Shown here one piece after another: positions 27,587 to 40,740 of a stretch of DNA of 64,000 nt. The first letter of the stretch is position 1. Each line of letters opens with the position of its first letter. The DNA is from Eledone cirrhosa (taxonomy: Eukaryota): assembly GCA_964016885.1 (NCBI GenBank), contig OZ024740.1:195920001-195984000 (forward strand), read 5' to 3'. The notes below the pieces were generated by a model. It saw only the letters and a list, made by a program, of their open reading frames with translations, was not told where the DNA came from and searched no databases. Made by a program: the position numbers and the translations under genes.

Positions 27587-28036
27587 CTATATAACCTTAA
27601 CTTTTTTAAATAGTAAGTTGTAATTTGAGAGAGATTTGACTGCCAGTTCTTGCAAAATGAGGTTCTCACTTATATGCTCCCTCATTTAGTTTGTAATATA
27701 ATATTGCTGATGTGTATGAACTTAGAAAAGTTACCTTTCTTTTTCCTCTTTCTCTCACCATTTACCATCTGCCACCACCACCCCAACTAACATGGCTGGG
27801 AATGTTTTTTGTGAAATTGTGCATTTGTATATTGTTTGAGCAACTTATGTTACAGATGTATATATATCTCTTTCGGCCAACAAATCAACATACTGTAAAG
27901 AAGGAAAGTAACATATTTGTCACCTATGGAGGTTGAAATAAGCAGAGATATGTACCTTATCCAGGCAGGTCTGGATTTATAGCTTAGCCATAATTAAATG
28001 AGTATATATATATATACTCATTTAATTATACTTTTC

Positions 28037-28074
<38 letters not shown>

Positions 28075-28075
<1 letters not shown>

Positions 28076-28331
28076 GGAGGCACATGGCTTAGTGGTTAGA
28101 GCATTTCACATTGCTCCAGTTTACTCAGCTGTAGAAATGAGATGATAGGGACTGGGGTCCCTATCATTCCACTGCAAAGTGGTTGTGTAGGTGCCACGGC
28201 AAAAACCACCCAGCACTCACTATAAAATGAGGTTGGTGTTAGGAAGGGCATCCAGCTGTAGAAATCAAGCCAGAAGCAGTTCCCGTCCCACCCTTGCAAG
28301 CAGGGAAAAGTGGACGTAAAATGATGATGAT
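28075..28331 (+). mobile_element. Family-C SINE with RTE tail (internally deleted)
   Basis: A box TGGCTTAGTGG, TGTTAGGAAGGGCATCC module, and a 3' end nearly identical to that of the full-length RTE. Confidence 0.8.
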
Positions 28332-29972
28332 ATAGGCCGTCCAAAATATGCCAGTGTAGAATGTGTACTTAAAAATGAAAATGGTCAGATTCTTTTCAAT
28401 TTAACATCAGTATGTATAACTTGACAATTCCAATTACATGCACCAAACCAACTTTGAAATGTAAACTTAGGACTTTGTTGTGTATCTTAATTTTATGTGT
28501 ATGAGGGCCACCCCAAACCTGAATTCCCCTCAATTTCTAAATCCGGACCTGTATTCAGTTAGATTTGAACTTTTGACTATGTTATCAGTAGTTTAACATC
28601 AATAGCCATTCATTGGCCCTTGCAGTCTGTCCCCCCCCCCCCCCCCCCCCCCCACACACACACACTTTGTATAATATATACACATTCTGAAAACACTACA
28701 TGCATCTACCCTGTAAAGTGTGCCAATTCTTTCTGCTTCTCTCTGGAATTCAGCCCCCCTGTGTAGCTGAAATAACAACAACAACAGCAACATTTTAATG
28801 TTGTTGCTAGCTGGGTGATAATATGGTTTCTTACAACAGAGATGATGAAGAAGGAGAAGGAGAGAGAGTGAGCGACAACAGTGAAAAAAACCGTATCCCA
28901 CAAAATAACACTTGCTTTCTTTGAAAATTTAATACATTTGTCTTTTTTTTGTTTTGTTTTGTTTTTTACTTAGGAAATGTTTTTAACAATGTTTGTTGGC
29001 GTTCTACTGCTGCATAGTTTTATAGAAAGTAGAAAGGTAAACATAATCATCGTCTAACAGTATGAATTAAGGAATTAAGTAGGATTGCAATGTTGTGTAC
29101 TCTTTAACCGAAATCTTTTCATCTTTTTGCCACTCTGACAGCTAGTAAGTAACATAATAGAAATTTACTGACAATATTCAAGCATAGAGGAGTTAAACCT
29201 ACAACGATCGTGATGATCATCATTATTTTTATGTCTACTTGTCTATGTTTGTGGTAGGAGTTGCAACCAATAGGTAGTATCAGCAATGGAAAAACCCATG
29301 GAAACATTGTTTCTGTGGTCTGATTTGATGAGCTCCACCACACTTGGTAAACAAATGAGGTCTGGGATCTTATCAATCAATTCCTTCTTTTTTTTTTTCT
29401 GTTAGCATGGGTTGAATGAGACTGTCTTTGAGGTAGTATTCCACACTCATATGCCCTTCCTGATGCCAATCTGTACTCTATTATCTTTTAAGTCAAGTAC
29501 TTATTCCACTGATATTGACCCATAAAACTGCTAAGCTGCAGGTCACGTTGTTTATGCAGGATATAAACAAACGTTACCAGTTATATAAGCAGTATTACAG
29601 AGACTAAGAAAACCAGAGTTGATATAGTAATTAGTAAAATCTCAATGGAAGGCCAACTGAAATGCTGTGGCCCAATGTTGTGATTTTACTAATTACCCTC
29701 ACTCTCTCTCTCTATATATATATATAAATATATATATATATGCGTTGTGTCCTTGAGCAAGATACTGTATTTCACATAGGTCCAGTTCACTCAACTGTAG
29801 AAATGAGTTGCGACATGACTGATGCCAAGCTGTAATGGCCATTGCCTTTCCCTTGGAAAGGCAATGGCCATTACAACACCTTGCCTGGACTTGTGCCTCA
29901 GAAAAGAAACTTTCTAGGTATGAATCCCATTGTCATTCGTAACCAAAAGGGTCTTTACCTTTTACCATATAT

Positions 29973-30359
29973 ATCATCATCATCATCATCCGTCCGCTTT
30001 TCCCTGCTTGCAAGGGTGGGACGGGAACTGATTCCGGCTTGATTTCTACAGCTGGATGCCCTTCCTAACACCAACCTCATTTACAGTGAGTGCTGGGTGC
30101 TTTTTTTTCCGTGGCGCCTACACGTTCACTTTTACAGTGTAGGCCAGGTACTTTTTTGCCGTGGCACCTCCACGACCACTCTGCAGTGGAATGATAGGGA
30201 CCCCATTCCTATCATCTCATTTCTACAGCTGAGTAAACTGGAGCAATGTGAAATAAAGTGTCTTGCTCAAGGAAACAACACATCACCCGGTCTGAGAATT
30301 GAACTCACAACCTTTCGATTGCAAGGCCAATGCTCTAACCACTAAGCCATGTGCTTCCA
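29973..30359 (-). mobile_element. Full-length family-C tRNA-derived SINE with RTE tail
   Basis: Minus strand: A box TGGCTTAGTGG, B box GAGTTCAATTC, central body, then CCCGTCCCACCCTTGCAAGCAGGGAAA..GACG(ATG)n; (TA)n on both sides. Related heads at 31545-31790, 32955-33212, 54460-54700, 63756-63870. Confidence 0.85.
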
Positions 30360-31289
30360 TATATATATATCATTATCGTTTAACGTCCATTTTCCAAGTT
30401 ACCATGGGATACACACACACACACACATATAGTCAACCAAATTTCACTCATAAAGCCTTGTTCAGCCTGAGTCTATAACAGAAGACACTTGCTCAAGTGT
30501 GATGCAAAGGGATTGAACCCAAAACCACATGTTTGTGAAGCTAACCGCTTACCAACACAGTCCAGTCATGTCTGCACCTGTAATAGGTTTACTTATTCTA
30601 CCTTATATTCATCTCTATTTATGCCATCTTACAAAACAATAAAACATCCTAAAACTGAAAAAAAGGCATCTTTGAGTTGTTTAGGAATTTTAATGTATGC
30701 GATGATGATAATTCCTTAGGAAATTTTAGAGAAAAGTTTCTTACAGTTGGCAGTGTTTCAATATTATATGTTTGCCTTACTGACAGCCATGGAAGAAGCA
30801 AAAATGATAAAAACTGGGTAAATAAATAAATAAATAAATAAAATCCTTCATACAATTTTCTTATCACAATCAATAATAATTTTAAGTAGATCTTGAAAAA
30901 CACTGCACCTTAATAATCTCAAACTTGTGTCTTTGGGTGGTAGACTTCACCCATCTGCCAGTTTAACACCATCACCTGGACTTGGGTGGTCTTTAGCAGA
31001 GTCCACTCTGTTGCAAGCATTCGGGCCAGGTTTCTAATTTGAGGTTATCTTCATCTCTCCTACATTCCAGTATAGGAGCCCTGAAAAAGGTTATAGGCAT
31101 TGCCCTTTCCTCTCTGATTAAACAAGAAAAAGAAAAAAACTTCCCACTTTTTTGTTTTAACTAAAATATAAGAAAAAGAAATATTTCTCCTTCAAGCATC
31201 TTAATCAACTTAACATAGTTTCTTCTCCTGTTTTGAATTCTTAGTTAGATGACTCATTCATAAAACTTAAAACACAAAACTTTTTTTAC

Positions 31290-31497
31290 CCCTTTAGCAT
31301 TTAAAACAGCCGTATCTGGCCAGAATTCTCTCATCTCTTTCTGTTCAAACCAGCCATAACTGACTGCTCATATTTATGTTATGGTATTGTTCTCAAAATA
31401 AATATCATTAAAACCTCATTGATTCGATATTATGTGCAGTAAAGCCTTTATCATGAAAATACAATAGTATATATAGAGTAATGTAAATGCTAAAGAG
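31290..31497. mobile_element. piggyBac-type MITE, family 1
   Basis: CCCTTTAGCATTTA ... TAAATGCTAAAGAG-TTAA; homologous to 14815-15022. Confidence 0.72.
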
Positions 31498-34018
31498 TTA
31501 AAATGCCTACCTATTTAAAAAAAAAAAAGAACTGGTATCAATAAGTAGGGAATCGGGAATCGATTGACAAGATCCCAGGTCTCATTCGCTTTCTAAGTGG
31601 GATGGAACTTGTCAAATCAGACCAAGTATCCCTGCTGATGCCATCTACTGGTTGCAACTCCTGGCAGAAAGAGCAACATGAAATAAAGTGTCTTTCTCAA
31701 GGACATAATGCATCACTCAGTCTAGGAATCGAACTCACAACTTCAGGATTGCGAATCCAGTTCTCTAACCACTAAGTTATGCACCTTAAATAATAAATTA
31801 ACCTAATTTTAACCAGATTCTAATCCCCTGTTTACTTCTCATCAACTATCATGTTGTTACTTTGTTATTGTTTAATGGCTAAAAGCAAAACAATTTTCCT
31901 ACTTTCTCTCCAATCTCTACCCATCCACTCACAAAGGAAAATAAAAATCCTTGGGTTTGTTTGTTTTTTTTTTGTTTTTTTCTTTTCCTTGGGTTTATGT
32001 TTTCTTTTTTTTTGGGGGGGGGGGGGGGGGTTCCAGAATCTACTACTTAACCTATTTTGTTTTATATCTTCCTTCAAAATACTTTCTCCCAAATAATAAC
32101 CCTGGTATATAATTTAGGTCTTAGTATCAATTTCTTTCTTTATGTCTGTCTGTCTGTCTTTCTGTAGTTCAGAACGAAACCTGATCACAAAAATGGAAGG
32201 AAAGTAAAGCAGTCATTTAACTGCAACAAGGATCAGTATATATTTGTTCTTCTTCTTCCTCTTAATATTATTGTATAGAACTCCTCCAACAGTTGAAAAT
32301 AATCTGTAAACCTATTTCTCCAAGAAATTAATTCCCCTTTCTAATAAAATCAATTCTATTATGTATGTATATATATATATATAATCATCATCATTTTACA
32401 TCTGCTTTCCCTGCTGGCATGAGTTACACACATACACACACACATACATTTAGTCCTTCACATTTTTTCTTTTTCTCTGCCCTTTTTTCTTTCTCTCACT
32501 CACCCTCTCACTCCCACTCAACTTCTCTCTCGAAGTTCTAGCCAAATCATACTAAAGTGGAATGGAAACTAATTTAAGCTGTAGTTTTCTACAATGTATC
32601 TAGTCAATAATTTTTGCATAGTTAATCCAAACATTGCTTCAAGCAGTATAACTATCAAAATTTGTGGCAGGCGTCATACATCAAGCAGTAATCTCCCAGT
32701 TAGCTGAAACCCTCATGTGGTTTCAATTTCCAGTTGAACCCATTTTACTTCACATAAGTACTAATGACCTTTGGAAGAAAAAAAAATTGAATGTCACAAC
32801 ATCCCCATTTTCTGTCCCTAAAAATTTGAGATGTGAAAAAATAAACAACAAAAAAACAAATTACTATGAAAATTGCACATCTCAAATATTTCATATTTGT
32901 GTTCTGTTAGAATTGAAATTATTCTGTTTATCCTGTTACTTGTAGTTGTTAGGGATTAGGAATCAATTGACAAGATCCCAGATTTCATTCGCTTACAAAT
33001 TGGGGTGTAACTCGTCCAATCAGACCAAGGAAACAATGTATCTATTGATCTTTTCATTGCAGATACTATCTACTGGTTGCAACTCCTGGCAGAAAAAGCA
33101 ATGTGAAATAAAGTGTCTTGCTCAAGGACATAACACATCACCCAGTCTGGGAATTGAACTCATGACCTCACGATTGCAAATCCAACTCTCTAACCACTAA
33201 ACCACACGCCTTCTAACTAACCCATTTAACATTCAAATTTTTGTTAAATGTATTGAAAGTTAATTCTAGAGTATGTATATATGTTATAAATACTGTATAT
33301 GTATATTTGTATATGCATGTGTTTGCATCATTTATTGTGTGTATATGTGTATGTATAATATATATGTCTGTACATATATGAGTGTGTCTGTAGTGTGTGT
33401 GTGTGTGCAGCGACAAGATGCAGGCTTACGACCAACTGGGGAAGGGGGATCAGTACCTCTGCTTTGAGTACCAACCCAGTTTTCTGACAACCAGTCCAAC
33501 TCTTGCTAGCAGGGAAAGCAGGCATTAAATGGTGATGATGATAATGATGATGAGGATATACATACTGATGGTTCAGTGCTTAATTTAGAAGACAGCCCAG
33601 TTACTGCAATTGGGTAGTTTCTCAATTCTTTAAGAGGTTGGCATCTTGCCTACTCAGTCATTAGAATTCACAAAGATTGTTTGTTAAAAACAATGAAAGA
33701 AGAACTCGTTACCCCAGTTTTTTCTATCTATCTCTGATGTATAACTAATTAATCCTAATACCTAAGGAACTATAACTACTTCTCTAGTAGTGATTTCTTA
33801 CATAGGCATAGCAAAATTTATAAATTTGTTCAGGAGCAGTGTATAACTGAGTGGGTCAAACTAGTATATGTTTTATTGATACTTATTATGTCAACTATAA
33901 AAGAATGAAAGTTAAGTTGACTTTAACAAGATTTCATCTCTGAAACTTGAGAAATGAAAATAAATAGTGTGTGGCATTTAACCTGCTGAAGCTTACAGAT
34001 CATGAATTACTCTGATTA

Positions 34019-35322
34019 CACCATGTAACATATTTTTTGTTCCCCAGTTCTAAGTGTCATTTCATGGTTTGTTATATCCCATTATTATAAAAACACTATT
34101 ATTTAATCAGAAGTTTGGGTTTGTGGTCAGGAGTTTGATATTTCGAAATTTTCATATTTTTAGAAAAAACACATTTTAAAAAAATTTATCAGTTCATATA
34201 ATTAAATCAACAGAGTATATATTTATTTTATTAAGTAAAAACAAATAACACCTATAAAGCAACTTATACACGTCAGAAATGACTGGATTTGCGGTTGTAG
34301 TCCAGGTCGCATTCCCGCAATAGCCCCCAGATATAGTCCCCCATCATTTTTTCATTGTAGTGGCCCTGGTACCTCCGCTCTATCTCTTTCACATCTTGGT
34401 AGAAACATTCGCCTTGTTCTTCTGAGTAGGCGCCCATATTGTCCTTGAAGTTTTCCAGGTGAGCATCCAGCATATGGAGTTTAAGAGACATCCTGCATCC
34501 CATGATGCCAAAAGCCTTTATCAGATCCTGCACCAGTTGCTGGTAGCTTTCAGCTCTGTAGTTGCCCAGGAAGCCCTTAACAACTGCCTTGAAACAGTTC
34601 CATGCTGTTCTCTCAATCCTATTGAGCTTATTGGAGAACTTGGTAGACTCAAACACCTTCTTTATCTGAGGTCCAACAAAAATTCCACCTTTGATTTTGG
34701 CCTCAGATAACTTAGGGAAGAACTCAAGAAGGTACTTAAAAGCGGCTGATTCTTGGTTGAGAGCTTTTACAAACTGCTTCATCAACCTCAACTTAATGTG
34801 CAGTGGCGGCATGAGCACAATCCTGGGATCAACCAGTGGCTCCCACATGACGTTCCGGGTCCCAACTATAAATTCTGTTCGCTGATCCCAGTTCTTTCTT
34901 TTGTAGTGGTCAGAGGTGGCTCTGCTGTGCCAAAGGCAGAGGAAGCATTGGAATTTGATAAATCCTCCTTGGAGTCTCCAATGATTTCCCAATTGTACTG
35001 GTTGTACTGCAGAGCTTCCAAGAGGACTTTCACACTGTAGTAATCTTCCTTCAGGCAGACTGAATGAGCTAGGGGCAGTGTCGGGAACTTGTTTCCATTG
35101 TGGGGGAGGACAGCCTTCAAACTTGTGGTGGAGCTGTCTATAAATAGCCGCCACTCCTTGGACACAAACGGCACCCAATAACGTCAAACAGTCCAGGCAC
35201 GTCATGGCAGAAGCAGAGGCCATCCCTAAAAGTGTAAAAGCCTGAGAAAGGTTTGTGTCGACTTCTCTGACTTGTCACCTGCACTTCCTTCTTGACCAAG
35301 TTCCACTGCTTCATCCTGCAGA
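34019..35322 (-). mobile_element. Chapaev3-type DNA transposon remnant (5'-truncated)
   Basis: Transposase motifs (next feature) plus a candidate terminus CACCATGTAACA at 34019; second terminus not found. Confidence 0.7.
34273..35320 (-). pseudogene. Frameshifted, partly deleted Chapaev3-like transposase
   Basis: RMKQWNLV; EWRLFIDSS..SLKAVL.HNGN; PPLHIKL.LMKQFVKAL; GIFVGPQI; MSLKLH; SEEQGE; ERRYQG..MMGDYIW, spread over several frames. Confidence 0.8.
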
Positions 35323-38300
35323 CGAATTCTTAAAACACAACTTACCCTTTATTCAGCGTGCGAAAATCCAGTATCAATAAATCTCTTTAATCCACTTTTT
35401 CACAATTTTATACTTTATTGCACTTTTATAATTTTCTTTAGGTATTACTCTTTATTTTATAATTTTAATTTAACCTGAAACATATATAAAAAAATCATTT
35501 AACATAAGCAAATTAAACTTACATACAACTCTCCAAGTGACACTGGAAAATGCTTATGAAGGCCTATTCGAAAAGGAAAGTGTCTGTCCATGGTCCTTTC
35601 AATCTTCTCCACATACAATCTCTTTTACTTTGGCCCTTCCCAGCCAGTTCCTATTCACATGAATATCCTGCAACCCATAACACTGACTGAGCTGCAACAC
35701 ACTGACTTGCTCTGGTTAATGCATGCCTTCCTTTGAATGGTGTCACCATTTCTATGATGTTCAACACTGATGATGTTGGTGTCTAAATGCTGTCATGGCT
35801 TCCACATCCTAGTTTGAGCAGCATGTCCCTGGACACTCCAAGCTTTTGCAATAGGTGGGTATCTTATTCTCATTACAGTAAATACTGCATTAGTCATGAC
35901 ACTAGATAATATTTATAATATTTACTAATAAAAATGTTATATAAACATTAAAGAGATTGAAGTAGATCTTCCTCTTGTAATAACAACTCACCTCAGAAAT
36001 ACAGTGATGTAAAAGCTGATAAGTTCGTATATTTTAATATACACAGCTTCAGCTTTTTATCATTTAAATTTTAATATATGTTTGATTATTGATAATGATA
36101 TAACTCAGAAAAAATGAAAATGATGATGATGATGACAATGACATTATCTCATGATATTCACATCACTGCAAAGTCATGTAAATAATCTTTAGATTTTACA
36201 AAAACAAAAAATATTTTACACTGTTATGTCATCTCCCTGACAGAAGACATCCTTTATTTTTCTGTATTCCTTACATTTACTGCTAAGCATTTTAAAGTAT
36301 TTGATTTTTGTAGTACCCGAGACAAGCTGTCTCTCTCTTATATGACTAGTTGTATAGTGGGAGAGGTTTTCATTATTGATTTTCCAGCTATATTTACAAT
36401 CTGTACTATTTAGTTGAATGGCAATAGATGTCTGTAAGAATAAATTAACCTATCACACTGGTGCTGCATATGGTAATTAATGTCATATGTAGCTCTTGGT
36501 TTGATTGGTTGATTCTAGGTTAGATAATATGCTTTCATTCTTTTATCTTACCCTCTTTAACATACCTCTCATTGTTTCCCCCTTCGTGTCAGTACTCATT
36601 ACTCCATTCTCTGCTTAAGAGTTAATAACAAACAAACAATGTATGAAATCTGTTTGCTATTAAGACTAAACTATTAATATTCTTAGCTAGTTATTTATTT
36701 CACCTGAAGAGAATCCCATTTAAATTGGAGCCCTACTATCACCATCACCTCTAACAACAACAACAACATTTGTAATTTCACTAAATGGATTATCAGAGGG
36801 ATCTGTCCTCTCACCCATTATTTCTGACCTAAACCTAAAAGACCATCCCACACCTCATACAGATAGCTTTATACACAGATAACATCACACTCATATCCTC
36901 CCTCTATTCCCCCCAGACACTGCTGCACAACTAATTCAGCCCTCATAAATCATATAGAAACTTGTAATAAATGATGCTATTTATAGTAGTAATGTATGAT
37001 ACTGCCTCTGTATCATTTTGAAAATAATCGAGAATTTGGAGGGATTTAGTAATATAACTAGCATCTGCATTATTAAGCTAGTATTTGAAACATAACTTAA
37101 CAAAGGTTCTTACATGATTGTAGCACCAGGACTACCTCATTACAACACTAGGGTGCTCAGTGTCCTTGGTCTGGCTGGAGAGTCATTAATGGGGAGTGGT
37201 GCTGGAGTACAGACATCACATTGCTAGGATGTATGCAACTAATAATGAGAGCAAGAGGGGCCGCAACTGTTATACTCTGGCCAAGTTCAATTTGTCCATT
37301 TCCACTATATCTAACACCAGAATCTGTAAGTGTGCACAGTGTGTAATATGTCCAAACTGTCACACCACACCTCATACAATTCCCTGCATGTTGAATTGTG
37401 CAGTATGGTCCTCTGCTAGGCAGAAACTTATTATAACTGGAAACATGAATCTGTGATTCACATCTAATCATTTGGTTACAGGATTGCTCAGGAATTACTT
37501 ACTTCACTCACTTTTCCTTTGACCCTCCAAAGTCAAGGAGGCACTGTTTATGCAGTATACCTTGATTAAATACTGCTCAAATCCCTCTTTTGGGGTTCAT
37601 AAAAAAATTCCTTGTAATGTCTTTCTTTTTTCTTTTAGCTTCTTATATATCCAGTAGATGTTCCAATAAACAGTTTCTCATATATCATCTTACAAAAATA
37701 CAGATATTTTATTTTTAATCTCTCTTTTTTTTAATGGTTTTTCAAAATAATTTCAGTAAATCTGGTGCATACAGTTGTTTCTATGAGATTTTTTACATTA
37801 AAATAGTTTTTTTAAATATTTACTCAGTAGTTTTGAACCAGACACTTGCTACTTCTGTTTAACAAAAGTAAGCAAGCAGGCATATTACCATACGATGTAC
37901 ACATATTTCTAAAAATATTAATGTTCTGAAAATTTTTCTTTAAAAAAACAACAAACATATGTATTGAAACTCTTTCAGAGATGTACAGTTGAAGTGTATG
38001 CCAGCTATATCACACACTTCAACCACTAGCCCAATTCTAATGTGATATATTTTACAAACTACTAAAACAGTTTCATCTCTTCTGACCAAGCAAACTGTGT
38101 TTCCCTTTTGCCCGAATCTATTTGGAGCACCTGTTTTTCCTTGTCACCTTTTTTTGTAATCCTCCTTTAGAGTCTGTGCTAAACAATCCTCCCTGTTGGT
38201 TCCTCATCCAGAATTGTAACCCCCCCCCCCCCTCCTCCCAGAATAACTTCTTTGTCATTAAAATAAAACACCAGTCAAGTATTGTCTTGCGCCAAGAGGC

Positions 38301-39294
38301 TCATCAGGTCGCTGCTTATCCCCTGTACAGGATGCCAGTCCATCACAGGGTTAAACCTTGGTACTCATTTTCAGCTGAGTACACTCGAGGAATGTTGATA
38401 TAATCAAATATTTTCATTCTCTAAATTTAAGGCCTTGTGTCTATGTTAGAAATCAATATTATACATAACAATACCAGATTTGGCTGTCTATAGTCCTTTC
38501 TCTTGGAAATATTGACTTTGTAAACTAAAAGAAAGTCTCTGTGTGGTTGCCAAACCTGCTAAAACTAGCAGCCAAATCTCCCTTAATTTAATCCCTACCT
38601 TCTTTAAAAAGAAGGGTCCTATATACACAGTGCCTGAATGAAATATGGAATAGTCACATCTGGAATGCCTTTGATCATATGTCTGATTGACCTATGTTGA
38701 CTTTGTACTAAACAACAGTATTTGTGAATAGCTGAAAAACAAAAATAATAATATCTTATTTAATTAAATTTTAATCAATTTACAACATAGTATTCAACAA
38801 TTTAGTAACTATAAAGGCATTCTCTATATTACTTATTTCCTTTTTTTTTGTAAAAAAAAAAAAATAAATAAATAGATCTGATAATTCTATTTCAAGATTG
38901 TTAAGCAACATCACCACTACTCTAAAACTTAATTGAATATATAAATGGCAACAGATAAATTTATTTGATTATGTCTTGTCATTCTCTTTAGTTTAAACTG
39001 TTTGCCACACAAATGTTTCACTTCTTATCAATTTAATTACTGCTTTAACTACCAATGTGTTCCAACTTATTCACAGTTGAAAGCTTTAAACTCCAATTCG
39101 TCTGATAGCATTTAAATAATGATTTAGATAAGCGATGAAAGAAAGCATGATGTGTTATCAAATGTTTGTGAATAAAATTTAAGTATTTTTTTATTTTTAT
39201 TTTATTTTATTTTCATTTAATAATATTATTATTATTATTAATGATAATAATAAATAAAATTTTTAAAAAAATTAAAAAATTAATAAATAATCAA

Positions 39295-39796
39295 ATGAGA
39301 GGGGGGTGGACGGACACACACACTGTGTGAAGTACAAAAGAGAAAAAACTTAATAAAAATTAATTGTAATGAAATTAGAGAAAATTTAGTGCTGATGACT
39401 CATGATAATGATAATGATAATAATAATAATTGTTTCTACTTTTGGCACAAAGCCAGTAATTACCCAGTGCATTACTGGTACTTTATTTTACGGGGTCGAT
39501 AAAATAAAGTACCAGTAATGGCACTGGGTAATTGGTCTGAGTTCAAATCCTGCCGAGGTTAACTTTGCCTTTCATCCCTACGGGGTCGGTAAAATAAAGT
39601 ACCAGTAATACACTGGGATGCTTGCTGGCCTTGTGCCAAAAGTAGAAACAATTATTATTATTATCATCATCATCATCATCATTATGAGGAGTCATCAGCA
39701 CTAAATTTTCTCTAATTTCATTACAATTCATTTTTATCATTTTTTTTCTCTTTTGTACTTCACACAGTCTGTGTGTCCACCCCCACCCCTTCTCAT
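39295..39796. repeat. Inverted duplication of a SINE 3' end plus flanking DNA
   Basis: ~39295-39489 is the reverse complement of ~39590-39796; an extra inner arm sits at 39501-39533. Confidence 0.85.
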
Positions 39797-40740
39797 GCTT
39801 GACTCATCCATAATATTTTCCACCCACCACATACAGGAAATTTTGTTTTTATTTTATTATATTTTTACTCCTATTTAATTTCAATATTTTCTCTTGGATA
39901 GTGTTTCTGCATGAATTCATCACCACATTTAATATCTTTTAATCTTGTTTGCTTTCCACCTCTTGGTTCAACTCTTTCTGTGTATCTTTAGTGATGAAGA
40001 AGTTTTAATATTACAGCATCTCCAAAATACAGTTTGGTGTTGGTGGTCCCACTTTGAAGTTGAAGCTTAATGTCCTTCTTCTCTTCTTCTTCTTGTCCTG
40101 TGACTGTGATTCATTAATCCTGCTGGTATATTTATTTATTTATTATTTTCTTTTCTTATTATTTTTAGCATTGGAATGTTATCTCTTTCAATTCATTTGT
40201 ATCCTTTCACCCTCCATAGTTATTTGTTCCTTCTATATTATTTGCTCCCCCTTTCCCTGCTAACCTCCCTTCATTTCTCCCCTCCGTTTTCCTCCGTCAA
40301 TTCCAGTTATTTGCAGTTTCATTTGTAACACCATGTTTTCCACCAGGGAACAACAGACAGATATCAATTTAACTATTTTTCTCTATTTCACTACATACAC
40401 ATGCAATGAAATGTTAAGTTGGGCATAATTCATCTTTTCAAACGATGATGTCCCTTATTTTCTAAATTATGAGACATATTAAACATATAAAATTAAAATA
40501 AGGAAAAAAAGAAAAAATTATGAAATGTGTGAACTGTTGCACATAATATAATATTCATGAAATATTCAAGTAAGTGTAGGAGCTATAATATATATCCATT
40601 CCCTCATCTCAAACTAGGCACTATAAATGTTCAATTCCTATTTATCAATATTCATTTATTCATCATTTGAACTATCGTAACATAGCAAGAGTGAGTACAC
40701 ATTCTCCCTTTTCTGCATCTAAACGTTTCTGTGTGTGTGT

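Noticed and set aside
28710-28770. Candidate minus-strand host exon (other splice-like segments at ~2997-3105, ~960-1067, ~35523-35667)
   Set aside because: Splice-like signals are present, but the peptides are unrecognisable and no consistent gene model emerges; needs RNA-seq
30285-30359. tRNA gene
   Set aside because: A and B boxes are present, but this is the head of a SINE with body and LINE tail, and there is no complete cloverleaf
37157-37471. Cys-rich overlapping ORFs as a zinc-finger exon
   Set aside because: Cys/His spacing matches no finger type I recognise, and there is no supporting context
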